Shown here: positions 1 through 17,875 of the stretch, in pieces
How the letters are laid out: each line of letters begins with the position of its first letter
How positions within the stretch are numbered: position 1 is the stretch's first letter
Assembly (NCBI GenBank): GCA_032654565.1
Contig: JAULAX010000015.1
Location: 320,001-384,000 of the forward strand
Reading direction: 5' to 3'
Origin: Anaeromyxobacteraceae bacterium
GTDB lineage: Bacteria > Myxococcota > Myxococcia > Myxococcales > Anaeromyxobacteraceae
DNA: 64,000 nucleotides
The notes under the pieces: model-generated
The model's input: only the letters and a program-made list of their open reading frames with translations
Told to the model about the DNA's origin: nothing
Database searches by the model: none
Made by a program: the position numbers and the translations under genes

Positions 1-439
1 TGAAGACGATGGCGGCGACGCGCGCCTTCTTGGGACGGTTGAACTCGTCCTTGTGCTCGTCGTAGTACTTCTGGGTCTCGGCCTCGGGCAGCTCCTTGGC
101 GGCGCCCGGATCCTGGAAGGAGCGCTGCACCAGCTTCTGCACCATGATCTTGCGGAGCGTCAGCTGCACCTCGGGGTCCTTGTCCAGCCCCTGCCGCTCG
201 GCCTCCTTGGCCAGCACCTCGAAGCGGACCAGGTTGTCGAGGAACTCCTTCTTCCGGTCCAGCGTGGCGTAGCGGGCGCGGATGAAGGGCGACTGCTCGT
301 CGAGCCGGGCCTTGAACTCCTCGGCGGTGATGGTGATGCCGTTGCCGGTGGCGACGGCGGGGCCGCTCTTCTTGGGGCCGGAGTTGCCGCAGGCGGCCAG
401 CGCCGCGGCGACGGTGACCAGCGCGATTCGACGAACCAT
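1..439 (-). CDS. PpiC/SurA-type peptidyl-prolyl isomerase lipoprotein (5' part; runs off the window)
   Basis: Manual translation from ATG at 439: MVRRIALVTVAAALAAC (lipobox) ...ITAEEFKARLDEQSPFIRARY...FEVLAKEAERQGLDKDPEV..., typical of the PpiC proteins found next to mfd. Confidence 0.75.
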   Translation of the reverse strand, partial: MVRRIALVTVAAALAACGNSGPKKSGPAVATGNGITITAEEFKARLDEQSPFIRARYATLDRKKEFLDNLVRFEVLAKEAERQGLDKDPEVQLTLRKIMVQKLVQRSFQDPGAAKELPEAETQKYYDEHKDEFNRPKKARVAAIVF

Positions 440-636
440 GGGGTGAGGCTCCTTGGTGGGTGCGGCCGGGCTGGCCGCTGGGTTTCAACGCGCGGGTGGG
501 GGGAGATCTTCCCCCGGGTGCTGCCCCCCGCGAGCCTGAGGGAGGGCCGGAAAAGACCACGGAACGACGGATGGATCAAGCGCCGCCGGGCCCGCGGCAC
601 GGCCCCCCGGGGCGCCCCCGCGGGGGGGCGCCGGGG

Positions 637-4308
<3,672 letters not shown>

Positions 4309-4410
4309 GGGGTGCGGTCGGCGGGGCGGGTCATAACACGCCGGCCGGACCGCCCCGGGAAGGGGCCCAGGCGGGCCAATTCACCCGCTTCCTTGATCCA
4401 AACCGGGACC

Positions 4411-5166
4411 ATGACTATCCTCGGTGCTGGACCGGTCCGCCGCCTCGAGGCCTCGTTGCGCAACTCTTCGACAAAACTGGGAAAGTTCCCGCTGCTGGCG
4501 TTGCTGGCGCTGGCCGCCTGCGGCGGGGCGGAGCCGTCGCGCCTCGCCATCCGCGAGGACTCGACGCCGGCCCTGGCCGCGCTGGCCGCGCCCGCCACCG
4601 CCGGGGCCGCCCTCCTCTTCGCCGGCGACCTGGCCGGCGCCCGCGCCGCCTACGAGGCCGAGCTCGGCAACGACCCCGACCGGCTCGGCGCCCTCAACGA
4701 CCTGGCGGTCGGCTACCTGCTCGACGGCCACGTCGACGCCGCCCGCCGGCTGCTCGACGAGGTGGTGGCCAGCGGCCGCCCCCGCCAGCAGCAGGCGGCG
4801 CTGCTCAACCTGGGCGCCCTCTACGCCGTCGAGGGGCACGCCACCGCCGCCCAGGCCTACCTGGTGGCGGCCCGCGGCCTCGACCCGTCCCGCCCCGAGC
4901 CGCACTACGCGCTGGCGCTGCTCTCCGACGCCCGCGGCGACCAGGCCGCGGCCCGGGCCTCGCTGCGCGAGGCGCTCCGGCTCGACGACGGCACCGCCCG
5001 CGCCGGCATCGCCTTCCCCTTCCGCGAGGGGCGCCGCCAGCTCGAGGCCCTGCTGGCCGAGCAGGCCGGCGACGCCGTCGCGGCCACCGCCGCCTGGCGC
5101 GAGCTGGCCCAGGGGCGGTTCCCGGCCCTCTCCGGCGCGGCCCAGCGCCACCTGCGCGAGCCGTAG
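4411..5166 (+). CDS. TPR-repeat lipoprotein (start uncertain)
   Basis: 3' end of the long + ORF: LALAAC lipobox, then TPR-like helices ([28 protein letters not shown]). Confidence 0.65.
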   Translation: MTILGAGPVRRLEASLRNSSTKLGKFPLLALLALAACGGAEPSRLAIREDSTPALAALAAPATAGAALLFAGDLAGARAAYEAELGNDPDRLGALNDLAVGYLLDGHVDAARRLLDEVVASGRPRQQQAALLNLGALYAVEGHATAAQAYLVAARGLDPSRPEPHYALALLSDARGDQAAARASLREALRLDDGTARAGIAFPFREGRRQLEALLAEQAGDAVAATAAWRELAQGRFPALSGAAQRHLREP

Positions 5167-5183
5167 GGGCGGGGGGCCGAGGC

Positions 5184-6263
5184 GTGCCGGGCCCGGGTGG
5201 CGAGCTGGACAGGCGGGAGCGCGAGGTGCTGCGGGCCCTGGTCCAGGACTACATCCACACCGGCGAGCCGGTCGCCTCCGGGCCGCTGCTGGCCCGCCAC
5301 GAGCTGGACGCCTCGCCGGCCACCATCCGCAGCGTCATGAGCGACCTGGAGGCGCTCGGCTTCCTGGAGAAGCCGCACACCTCCTCGGGGCGCATCCCCA
5401 CCGAGCGCGGCTACCGGCTCTACGTCGACACCATGCTCAAGATCCGGCCGCCCTCGTCGGCCGACCGCGACCGCATCACCAGCCTGACCACCGACGCCCC
5501 CGACGTCTCCCGCCTGCTCGAGGGGACCGCCGACCTCCTTCACTCCCTGTCACACCACGCCGGCGTGGTCACCACCCCGCGCCCCAAGGTGGACCCGGTG
5601 CGGCAGCTGGAGTTCGTGCGGCTGCGGGAGAACCGGCTGCTGGCGGTCTTCGTCTCCGAGGCCGGGATCGTCACCAACAAGCTGGTGCAGCTGGAGTTCC
5701 CGGTGGACGCCTCCGAGCTGGAGCGGGCCGCCGCCTACCTCAACGGGCGCATCAGCCGCGCCGGCGCCGCCGCCACCACCCTCGACGCCCTGCGGGAGCG
5801 GATCCTGGAGGACATGCGCGACGACCACTCCACCCTGCAGGGGCTGATGCAGAAGGCGCTGCGGCTGGCCGAGCAGGCCTTCGCGGCGCCGCCGGCCGAC
5901 GAGCGGGAGCGGGTGCTGGTGGACGGCGAGGCCAGCTTCCTCGACGCCCCGGAGTTCGCCGACGTCCACAAGGCGCGGGCGCTGCTCAAGGCCTTCGCCG
6001 AGAAGGATCGCATCCTGCGGGTGCTGGACCGGGTGCTGCGCTCCCAGGAGGTGCAGATCTTCATCGGCGCCGAGAGCGAGTTCGCCACCGTGCCCGACGT
6101 CTCCATGGTGGCGGCGCCCTACGGCGTGGGGGGGCGGGTGCTGGGGACCCTGGCGGTGGTCGGGCCCACCCGGATGAACTACGCCCGCGTCATCCCCCTC
6201 GTCGACCTCACCGCCCGGGAGCTCTCCCGGGCGCTGGCGCTCCGCTCCGACCCTATGGGATAA
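5184..6263 (+). CDS. hrcA: Heat-inducible transcription repressor
   Basis: [40 protein letters not shown]; directly upstream of grpE-dnaK. Confidence 0.96.
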   Translation: MPGPGGELDRREREVLRALVQDYIHTGEPVASGPLLARHELDASPATIRSVMSDLEALGFLEKPHTSSGRIPTERGYRLYVDTMLKIRPPSSADRDRITSLTTDAPDVSRLLEGTADLLHSLSHHAGVVTTPRPKVDPVRQLEFVRLRENRLLAVFVSEAGIVTNKLVQLEFPVDASELERAAAYLNGRISRAGAAATTLDALRERILEDMRDDHSTLQGLMQKALRLAEQAFAAPPADERERVLVDGEASFLDAPEFADVHKARALLKAFAEKDRILRVLDRVLRSQEVQIFIGAESEFATVPDVSMVAAPYGVGGRVLGTLAVVGPTRMNYARVIPLVDLTARELSRALALRSDPMG

Positions 6264-6269
6264 TGAAAA

Positions 6270-6958
6270 ATGGCCGAACGGCACCCCTCAGGCAGCTTCA
6301 AGGCCGACATCCCGACCGACGCCGTCGAGGAGGCGCTCCGCTCCGTGGAGCGGGTGACCGGCCACTTCCCGGCGGTCGCCGATCCGGGCGCCGAGCCCCC
6401 CGTCGAGGTGGAGGGGGAGGCGCCGGCCCCATCAGGGACGCTGGAGTCGCTGCAGGCGCAGCTCGACCTCTCCCAGTCGATGGGGCGTGAGACCCAGAAG
6501 AAGCTGGCCGAGGCCCATGACCGCTGGGTGCGCGCCGCCGCCGACCTGGAAAATTACCGGAAGCGGTCACAGAAGGAGCGGGATGACGTCCAGAAGTTCG
6601 GGGTGGAGAGGCTGGTCAAGGACCTCCTCCCGGTGCTGGACAACCTGGATCGCGCCCTGGCGGCCGCCGCCGCCGACGATCCGCTGGTGACGGGGGTCAA
6701 GCTGGTGCGGACGTCGTTCGAGCAGGCGCTCGGTCGCCACGGGGTCAAGGGCTTCAGCGCCCTGGGGGCCCCGTTCGACCCGGCCCAGCACGAGGCGCTC
6801 ATGCAGGTGCCGACCGCCGAGGCCCCCCCGGGGACGGTGATGCTGGAGCACGCCCGGGGCTTCACGCTGCACGAGCGGCTGGTCCGCCCGGCCATGGTGG
6901 GCGTGGCGGTGGCGCTGCCGAAGCCCGAAGGCACGGGCGAAGGCGAAGCGGAAGAGAC

Positions 6959-6962
<4 letters not shown>
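6270..6962 (+). CDS. grpE: Nucleotide exchange factor
   Basis: [39 protein letters not shown]. Confidence 0.96.
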
Positions 6963-8785
<1,823 letters not shown>

Positions 8786-8804
8786 CCCTCGGCACCCGAC
8801 CGGC

Positions 8805-8832
8805 TTGCCAGGGCCGGATCACGCGTTACATT
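8805..8832 (+). promoter_or_regulatory. Putative sigma70-type internal promoter for dnaJ
   Basis: TTGCCA-N16-TACATT in the dnaK-dnaJ gap. Confidence 0.4.
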
Positions 8833-8882
8833 CCGGCCGGCCCTCCCCCCGGGGCCCACCTGCCTGGAAGGGCTGACCTCAC

Positions 8883-10019
8883 GTGGACAAGCGCGACTAC
8901 TACGAGGTGCTCGGCGTCGCCCGCGACGTCGATGCCGCCGGGCTGAAGACCGCCTACCGCAAGCTGGCCCACCAGCACCACCCGGACAAGAACCAGGGCG
9001 ACGCCGCGGCCGAGGAGAAGTTCAAGGAGCTCACCGAGGCCTACGCGGTGCTCTCTGACGAGGAGAAGCGGGCCCGCTACGACCGCTTCGGCCACGCCGG
9101 CGGCGGCGGCTCGGCCGGCGACCCCTTCGGCTTCGGCATGGGCGGCGCCTCCATCAACGACATCTTCGGGGACATCTTCGGCGAGGTCTTCGGCGGCGGC
9201 GGCGGACGGCGGGCCCGCCAGCGGACCCGCGGCGAGGACTACCGCTACCACCTCGAGCTCACCCTCGAGGAGGCGGCCTTCGGCGTCACCAAGCGGCTGC
9301 GCATCCCCCGCCCCCGCCCCTGCGAGCCCTGCAAGGGGAGCGGCGCCAAGGCCGGCACCGCCCCCCGCACCTGCCCCACCTGCGGCGGCAGCGGCGAGGT
9401 CCGGCTCACCCAGGGCTTCTTCGCCATCGCCCGCACCTGCCACCACTGCCAGGGGGCCGGCCGGGTCATCGTCGAGAAGTGCCCGGCCTGCGGCGGCGCC
9501 GGCGCCACCCGCGACGAGGTGGACGTCGAGGTGGCCATCCCGCCCGGCGTCGACACCGGCACCCGGGTCCGCTCGCTGGGCGACGGCGGCCCGCCGCCCA
9601 CCCCGTCGGGCCAGGCCGGCGACCTCTACGTGGTCATCCAGGTGAAGGAGCACGCCCTGTTCCGGCGCGAGGGGACCGAGATCGTCTGCGAGGTGCCGGT
9701 CTCCTTCACCCAGGCGGCGCTGGGGGCCACCATCGAGGTGCCCACCCTGGACGGCCCGCACAAGCTCAAGCTCCCGGCCGGCACCCAGGCCGGGTCCACG
9801 CTCAAGGTGAAGCACAAGGGGGTCCCCGGCCTCAACGGCGGCGGCCGCGGCGACCAGCACGTGGTGATCTTCGTGGAGACGCCCACCCACCTGACCGCCG
9901 ACCAGCGCGAGCTGCTGGAGCAGTTCGCCGAGATCTCCGGAGAGACCACCCACCCGCGGGGGCACAGCTTCTGGGAGAAGGCGGCGGAACTGTGGCGGGA
10001 CTCGAAGAAGAAGCGGTAA
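8883..10019 (+). CDS. dnaJ: Chaperone DnaJ
   Basis: J domain with HPD, G/F-rich region, four CxxCxGxG motifs. Confidence 0.97.
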   Translation: MDKRDYYEVLGVARDVDAAGLKTAYRKLAHQHHPDKNQGDAAAEEKFKELTEAYAVLSDEEKRARYDRFGHAGGGGSAGDPFGFGMGGASINDIFGDIFGEVFGGGGGRRARQRTRGEDYRYHLELTLEEAAFGVTKRLRIPRPRPCEPCKGSGAKAGTAPRTCPTCGGSGEVRLTQGFFAIARTCHHCQGAGRVIVEKCPACGGAGATRDEVDVEVAIPPGVDTGTRVRSLGDGGPPPTPSGQAGDLYVVIQVKEHALFRREGTEIVCEVPVSFTQAALGATIEVPTLDGPHKLKLPAGTQAGSTLKVKHKGVPGLNGGGRGDQHVVIFVETPTHLTADQRELLEQFAEISGETTHPRGHSFWEKAAELWRDSKKKR

Positions 10020-10030
10020 GACTGCGGTCG

Positions 10031-12157
10031 ATGGTCGCCCCCGCCCGCCGCCCCGGATCGCTCGCCCCGCTGGCGCTCGGCCTGGCCCTGGCCCTGCCGC
10101 TGGCCGCCTGCGCCCCGGCCCGGGTGCTGGTGCGCGGGCAGGAGCTGCCGGTGGCCCAGGCCGAGGTGCTGGTCCACGACGAGCTGGCCGCCGAGCGGGC
10201 CGCCGCCGTCCGGCTCCCTCCCGCCGAGCGGGCCGCGCGCCTCGAGGCGCTGGCCTCCCGCTACCCCGGCGTCCCCAGCTCCGCCGAGCTGCTCCACGAG
10301 GCGGCCCGCACCTGGCGCCTGGCCGGCGAGCGCCCCCGCTCGGCCGCGGCGCTGGGGCGGCTGCTGGTCGACTACCCGCTCTACCCCGGCGCCACCCAGG
10401 CCAAGTACGAGCTGGCGCTGCTCGACCTGGAGCTGGGGCGCACCCGCGACGGCCTGGCCACCCTGGCCTCCACCTACCCGCGCCTCCGAGAGGCCGACCA
10501 GCCGGCCGCCGCCCGCGCCGCCGCCACCGCCGCCGAGGCGGCCCGGCTCTGGCCCGACGCGGTCCGCTGGTGGGGGGCGCTGGCCGCCCGCGCCGCCGGC
10601 GCCGAGCGGGCCGAGGCCCTGGCCCGCGCCGTCGACGTCCTCGACGCCCGGCTCACCCAGCCCGAGCTGCTCAAGCTGCGCGACACCCTGCCGCCCGACT
10701 CGCCGGCCCTGGCCGCCCTGGCCATGAAGCTGACCCGCATCCGCCTCCACGAGCACGACACCGCCGGCGCCGAGCAGGAGGCCCGGGCGCTGCTGGCCGC
10801 CTGGCCCGACTCGCCCTGGACCGCCGACGCCCGCGCCGTGCTGGAGCGGCTGGCGCGGCTCCACACCGTCAAGCCCACCGTCATCGGCGTGGCGGTGCCG
10901 CTCTCCGGCCAGTTCAAGCGCTGGGGCGAGGTCATCCTCCAGGGGATCGCCCTGGCCATCCCCGAGGGCTCGCCCCTCACCGTGGTGGTGCGCGACACCC
11001 GCGGCGAGCCGGACGGCGCCGCCACCGCCATCGAGCAGCTCACCCTCGACGAGCAGGCCATCCTGGTGGTTGGCGGGGTCAGCAGCGGCGAGGCGGAGCG
11101 GGCCGCCGCCACCGCCGAGGAGCTGCGGGTCCCCTTCATCTCCCTCTCCAAGCAGGAGAACGTCACCGACGCCGGCCCCCACGTCTTCCAGAACATGCTC
11201 ACCGCCAGCGCCCAGGCCCGGGCCCTGGCCGAGCTCTTCATGGGCCGGCGCGGGCTGCGCCGCTTCGCCATCCTCTACCCCTCGGTCCCCTACGGCGCCG
11301 AGCTGGCCTACGCCTTCTGGGACGAGGTGGAGGCCCGCGGCGGCGAGGTGCGCGCCGCCGAGACCTACCTCATCGACCGGACCACCTTCACGCCGCTGGT
11401 GAAGTCGATGGTGGGCCGGCTCTTCGTCGAGGAGCGCCCCGAGTACGTCGAGGCCGCCAAGGAGATCGCCCAGAAGGAGCCGGACCCCTTCCGCCGCCGC
11501 AAGGCCCTGGAGAAGCTGCGCGACGGCCTGGAGCCGGTCACCGACTTCGACGCCGTGCTGGTCGCCGACTTCGCCCGCAACGTCAAGCTGATCGCCCCGG
11601 CGCTGGCGGTGGAGGACGTGCTCACCATCACCTGCCTGCCCGAGGAGCTGAAGCGCATCGAGAAGAACGCCGAGAGGAACGCCGAGAAGGGGGCCCCGCG
11701 GCGGGAGTCGCGGGTGGTGCAGCTGCTGGGCGGCAACGGCTGGGGCGGCGACCCCTCGCTCTTCGACGCCGGGCCGGGAGGGGCGGGGCGCCACGTGCGC
11801 TGCGCCATCTACGTGGACGGCTTCTTCGCCGGCTCGACGCTGCCCGCCACCCGGGCCTTCACCGAGGCCTACCGCAAGCGGTTCGCCGCCGAGCCGACCA
11901 TCCTCGAGGCCAGCGCCCACGACGCCGTGAAGATGGCCCGCCAGGTGCTGGAGCAGGGGAGGGCGGTGACCCGCGAGGCGCTGCGCGACGGGCTGGCCGG
12001 CCTCAAGGGGTTCAAGGGGGCCACCGGCGAGCTCTCCTTCTCGCCGCGCCGCACCCCGGAGAAGGAGCTCTTCTTCCTCACCTCCGACCGCGACGGGGTC
12101 CGCGAGCTGACCCGCGCCGAGCTCGACGCCCGCGGGCCGGGCTCCGGCGGCCCCTGA
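10031..12157 (+). CDS. LppC/LpoA-like lipoprotein (TPR plus periplasmic-binding-protein fold)
   Basis: Lipobox LAAC, helical repeats, then IGVAVPLSG...VRDTRG...FKGATGELSF typical of PBP1-fold activators. Confidence 0.7.
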   Translation: MVAPARRPGSLAPLALGLALALPLAACAPARVLVRGQELPVAQAEVLVHDELAAERAAAVRLPPAERAARLEALASRYPGVPSSAELLHEAARTWRLAGERPRSAAALGRLLVDYPLYPGATQAKYELALLDLELGRTRDGLATLASTYPRLREADQPAAARAAATAAEAARLWPDAVRWWGALAARAAGAERAEALARAVDVLDARLTQPELLKLRDTLPPDSPALAALAMKLTRIRLHEHDTAGAEQEARALLAAWPDSPWTADARAVLERLARLHTVKPTVIGVAVPLSGQFKRWGEVILQGIALAIPEGSPLTVVVRDTRGEPDGAATAIEQLTLDEQAILVVGGVSSGEAERAAATAEELRVPFISLSKQENVTDAGPHVFQNMLTASAQARALAELFMGRRGLRRFAILYPSVPYGAELAYAFWDEVEARGGEVRAAETYLIDRTTFTPLVKSMVGRLFVEERPEYVEAAKEIAQKEPDPFRRRKALEKLRDGLEPVTDFDAVLVADFARNVKLIAPALAVEDVLTITCLPEELKRIEKNAERNAEKGAPRRESRVVQLLGGNGWGGDPSLFDAGPGGAGRHVRCAIYVDGFFAGSTLPATRAFTEAYRKRFAAEPTILEASAHDAVKMARQVLEQGRAVTREALRDGLAGLKGFKGATGELSFSPRRTPEKELFFLTSDRDGVRELTRAELDARGPGSGGP

Positions 12158-12179
12158 CCGTGGGCCGGAGGCGCGCCGC

Positions 12180-12542
12180 ATGACCGACCCCACCCCGTCA
12201 CCCGGCGACGCCGCCTGGGCCGAGCTAATGGGGCGCTGGGACGACCCGGCCGCGCACCGCGCCCTGCTGTCCGGCTGCGCCGACCTGGAGGCCCTGGCCG
12301 AGGTGGGGCGGCGCTACCGGGCGGTGCTGGAGGAGCGCCCCGCCGACCCCATGGCCCGCGAGATGAAGGGGGAGATCCTGAAGCGGGCCACCGTCATCGG
12401 CCTCTCCCAGCTCCCCCGCACCCGGCCGCCCACCTTCCGCTCCGGGGTCTGGCCGCGGCGGCTCATCCTCGGCGGCGTGCTGGCGGTGGCCACCGCCCTC
12501 TCCTGGATGCTGGGCCGGCTCATCCTCGGGAACACGCCCTGA
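12180..12542 (+). CDS. Hypothetical membrane-anchored protein
   Basis: GGAGG RBS, host-like codon use, C-terminal hydrophobic helix. Confidence 0.65.
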   Translation: MTDPTPSPGDAAWAELMGRWDDPAAHRALLSGCADLEALAEVGRRYRAVLEERPADPMAREMKGEILKRATVIGLSQLPRTRPPTFRSGVWPRRLILGGVLAVATALSWMLGRLILGNTP

Positions 12543-14566
12543 GCCGTCGTCCGCCGACCGTCGACGGCCTGCTCGGCCCCGGCGGCGCCCTCGACCGCGC
12601 CCTGCCGGCCTACGAGCAGCGGCGCGACCAGCTCGACATGGCCCACGCCGTGGAGCGGGCCCTCGCGGAGCGCCACCACCTGGTGGTCGAGGCCGGCACC
12701 GGCACCGGAAAGACCCTGGCCTACCTGGTGCCGGCGGTCCTCTCCGGCCGGCGGGTGGTCATCTCCACCGCCACCAAGGCGCTGCAGGAGCAGATCTGGT
12801 GGAAGGACCTGCCGCTGCTGCAGGACCGCTGCGGGCTCGACCTGGAGGCCGCCTACCTGAAGGGGCGCTCCAACTACCTCTGCCTGGAGCGGCTGGTCCG
12901 CTTCGACCGCGCCCCCACCTTCACGGTCCGTGACGAGGCCTCGCACTGGCCCTCGCTGCGCGACTGGGCCGAGTCCACCGAGACCGGCGACCGGGCCGAG
13001 CTCGACCTGCCCGACCAGTTCGCCGCCTGGAAGGACCTCTCCGCCACCAGCGACACCTGCCTGGGGCGGGAGTGCGACCTCTACGAGGAGTGCTTCGTCA
13101 CCCGGGCCCGGGCCCGGGCCGCCGAGGCCCAGCTGGTGCTGGTCAACCACCACCTCTACCTGGCCGACCTGGGCATGCGCACCGGCGCGGCCGGCGCCGA
13201 GGTGCTCCCCAACCACGAGGTGGTCATCTTCGACGAGGCCCACGCCGTCGAGGAGGTGGCCACCGAGTACTTCGGGCTGGAGGTCTCCTCCTGGCGGGTC
13301 GAGGAGCTGGCCCGCGACGCCGCCCGGGCGGTCAGCGACCGGCCCGACCTGGCGGCGATGATGAAGGAGCTGACCGGCGAGCTGCGCCGCGCCGGCGAGC
13401 GCTACTTCGAGGCGGTGGGCGGGGCGCTGCGGGTGGCGGCCGGCGCCGGCCGGGCCGGCGGGCGCGGCGGTCGGCCCCCGGCGCGGTCGGCCCGCCTCGA
13501 CGAGGAGCCGGCCCGGGCCCCGCTCTCGGTGGAGACCCTGGAGGTGGCCGCCGAGGCCCGCCACCGGCTCGACGCCGCCCTCGAGCAGCTGCGCGACACC
13601 CTGGCCGACGCCGACACCACCGCGCTCTCCCAGCTGGCGCGGCGGGCCGGCGAGGTGCGGGTGGAGCTGCAGGCGGTGACCGCCCTCAACGAGCCGAGCC
13701 GGGTCTACTTCGGCGAGACCCGCGGCCGCGGCGTCTTCCTGCGGGCGGCGCCGCTCGACGTCGGCGGCGAGCTCAAGGAGCGGCTCTACGCCCGGCTCGA
13801 CACCACCGTCTTCACCAGCGCCACGCTCTGCGCCCAGGGGCGCTTCGACTTCTTCCGCCGCCAGGTGGGGCTCGACGCCACCCTCACCGTCGAGGAGGCC
13901 CGCTTCCCCGGGCCGTTCGACTTCACCCGCCAGGCGGCGCTGGTGGTGCCCGACGGCCTCCCCGAGCCGAACCAGCCCGGCTTCGTGGAGGCGGCCGCGG
14001 CGGTGATCGCCGAGCTCTGCCAAGTCACCGGCGGGCGGGCCTTCATCCTCTGCACCTCCTACCGCAACATGACCGCCTTCCACGCCGCCGCCGAGGGGCT
14101 GCCCTGGCCGCGCCTCCTGCAGGGGGAGCGCCCCAAGCACCGGCTGCTGGAGGCCTTCCGCGCCGAGCCCTCGCTGCTCTTCGCCACCGCCAGCTTCTGG
14201 GAGGGGGTGGACGTGCCCGGCGCGGCGCTCTCGCTGGTGATCATCGACCGGCTGCCCTTCTCGCCGCCCAACGACCCGGTGGTGGCGGCGCGGCTGGCGG
14301 CGGCCGAGGCCGAGGGGCGCGACGGCTTCTCCGAGCTGCAGGTGCCGGCGGCGGCGCTGGCGCTGCGCCAGGGGTTCGGCCGGCTGATCCGCACCACCAC
14401 CGACCGCGGCCTGGTGGTGGTGCTCGACCGGCGGCTGGTGACCAAGGGCTACGGCCGCGCCTTCCGCGCCACCCTGCCGCCCAGCCCGCTGTTGCGAAGC
14501 GTCGGGGAGGCCCGCACCTGGTGGGAGGCGGGGGCGGCCGGTGGAGGAGCCCCGGACCCGGGGTGA
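12539..14566 (+). CDS. dinG: DinG/YoaA family Fe-S helicase (start probably CTG at 12539; first ATG at 12638)
   Basis: EAGTGTGKT, KGRSNYLC, DEAH, FWEGVDVPG, QGFGRLIR; the Q-motif region lies upstream of the first ATG. Confidence 0.9.
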   Translation: MSRRPPTVDGLLGPGGALDRALPAYEQRRDQLDMAHAVERALAERHHLVVEAGTGTGKTLAYLVPAVLSGRRVVISTATKALQEQIWWKDLPLLQDRCGLDLEAAYLKGRSNYLCLERLVRFDRAPTFTVRDEASHWPSLRDWAESTETGDRAELDLPDQFAAWKDLSATSDTCLGRECDLYEECFVTRARARAAEAQLVLVNHHLYLADLGMRTGAAGAEVLPNHEVVIFDEAHAVEEVATEYFGLEVSSWRVEELARDAARAVSDRPDLAAMMKELTGELRRAGERYFEAVGGALRVAAGAGRAGGRGGRPPARSARLDEEPARAPLSVETLEVAAEARHRLDAALEQLRDTLADADTTALSQLARRAGEVRVELQAVTALNEPSRVYFGETRGRGVFLRAAPLDVGGELKERLYARLDTTVFTSATLCAQGRFDFFRRQVGLDATLTVEEARFPGPFDFTRQAALVVPDGLPEPNQPGFVEAAAAVIAELCQVTGGRAFILCTSYRNMTAFHAAAEGLPWPRLLQGERPKHRLLEAFRAEPSLLFATASFWEGVDVPGAALSLVIIDRLPFSPPNDPVVAARLAAAEAEGRDGFSELQVPAAALALRQGFGRLIRTTTDRGLVVVLDRRLVTKGYGRAFRATLPPSPLLRSVGEARTWWEAGAAGGGAPDPG

Positions 14567-14599
14567 GGCGAGGCCGGGCGGGCCGGAGGAGGCCCGGGC

Positions 14600-15079
14600 T
14601 CAGTCCCGCTTGTCGCGCTCGCGCCGCTGCTCGCGGTCCTTCTTGTCGCCCTCGCGCCGGTGCTCGTCGTCCTTCTTGTTGCGCTCCCGCTGCTGCTCCC
14701 GGTCGTCCTTGCGCTCCTCCCGCCGGTCCTCGCGCCGCTCGACGCGATCGTGGTGGCCGCGGGCCGGCTCCCACTGCCGGTAGTGGCCGCGGGGGATCCG
14801 CTCCAGCCGCGGCGGCACGCCGCGCTCCATCTGCACCCAGCCGCGCCGGTGGTCGTGCGACCGGTACCAGTGGGTGTCGCGCCGTACCCAGTAGAAGCCG
14901 TCGACGAAGAAGATCTCCTCGTTGACGTGCGGCACCACCCGGATGCCCGGCTCGATCACCACCAGGGTGGGCAGCACCACCGGCAGGTCGAAGCGGAGCT
15001 GCACGGCCAGCTGGGCGGCGGCCGGCTGGGGGAGGAGGAACGACGCGACGACGACGGCGGCGAGCAGTGTGGTGCGCAT
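14600..15079 (-). CDS. Secreted hypothetical protein with a charged C-terminal tail
   Basis: Signal peptide MRTTLLAAVVVASFLLPQPAAA, aromatic-rich core, R/E/D/K tail. Confidence 0.65.
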   Translation of the reverse strand: MRTTLLAAVVVASFLLPQPAAAQLAVQLRFDLPVVLPTLVVIEPGIRVVPHVNEEIFFVDGFYWVRRDTHWYRSHDHRRGWVQMERGVPPRLERIPRGHYRQWEPARGHHDRVERREDRREERKDDREQQRERNKKDDEHRREGDKKDREQRRERDKRD

Positions 15080-15262
15080 GGAGAGGAGATGCACCAGCGG
15101 GCCCGGATATTCAATCGGCTCCCCCGTGGAGGTGCGCGCCTGCGCCGCGCCCCAAAAAGCCACCGGGCACCCCACGCGACGCCGCTTCACGGCCTCTCGA
15201 GCCCCCCGGGTTCCCAGCGTCCCAGCGTCCCCGCGCAGCTCTCCCGCGCCCCCGCCGGGCCG

Positions 15263-17002
<1,740 letters not shown>

Positions 17003-17182
17003 CGGGGGCGGGGGCTCCAGGGTTTCCAGCGCGGGGTGAGGTCCCGGGCGGGACGGCGCGATCCTAGTCGAAGCACCGGGCGGGGTCCAAGGGCGCCGGG
17101 CCGCCGCCGCGACCGGAAAGGATTTCGCCGCCGGCTGGATCACGCCGGGAGGCGCGGCTATGCTCACCGGAAGGCGAGGCCC

Positions 17183-17875
17183 ATGGTCCAGATCAACAAC
17201 GAGGCGCGCGAGCTCTCCATCAAGGTGGTCTATTACGGCCCGGCCCTCTCCGGGAAGACCACCAACCTCCAGGCGCTCTACCAGAAGATCTCCCCGGAGG
17301 TCCGTGGCCGGCTGATGACGCTGGACACCAAGGACGACCGGACCCTCTTCTTCGACATGATGCCGGTCTTCTTCAAGACCGAGGCCGGCGTCAAGGTGAA
17401 GCTCCGGCTCTACACGGTGCCGGGCCAGGTGATCCACGAGTCGACGCGGCGCATCGTCCTGCAGGGGACCGACGCCGTGGTCTTCGTGGCCGACAGCCGC
17501 CGCAGCGAGGCGGCGGCCACCCTGGCCTACTGGAGCAACATGCTGAAGAACATGGAGGCGAACGGGCTCGACTACCGGACGCTGCCCATCATCATCCAGC
17601 TCAACAAGCGCGACCTGCCCGACGCCCGGCGCGAGGACGAGCTGGGCGACCTGCGCAAGGTGATCCGCCCCCCCATGGTGCCGGCGGTGGCGGTGCGCGG
17701 CGAGGGGGTGGTGGAGACCCTCTGGGCCCTGCTCTCCCTCACCTACCGCAGCCTGGATCGCAACCTGGGGCTGGCCGACCGCTGGAAGGTCAGCGAGAAG
17801 GAGTTCCTGGCCCGGGTCTTCGACCACGTCGACCTGCGCGGCACGCGGCTGCAGGGCGAGGCCACGACGCGATGA
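17183..17875 (+). CDS. MglA-family small GTPase (SofG-like by position near the dif cluster)
   Basis: YYGPALSGKTTN, RTLFFD, TVPGQV, NKRD. Confidence 0.88.
   Translation: MVQINNEARELSIKVVYYGPALSGKTTNLQALYQKISPEVRGRLMTLDTKDDRTLFFDMMPVFFKTEAGVKVKLRLYTVPGQVIHESTRRIVLQGTDAVVFVADSRRSEAAATLAYWSNMLKNMEANGLDYRTLPIIIQLNKRDLPDARREDELGDLRKVIRPPMVPAVAVRGEGVVETLWALLSLTYRSLDRNLGLADRWKVSEKEFLARVFDHVDLRGTRLQGEATTR

Noticed and set aside
4310..5184. CIRCE operator upstream of hrcA-grpE-dnaK
   Set aside because: No TTAGCACTC-N9-GAGTGCTAA found; the TAGCACT at about 49640 is a lone half-site.
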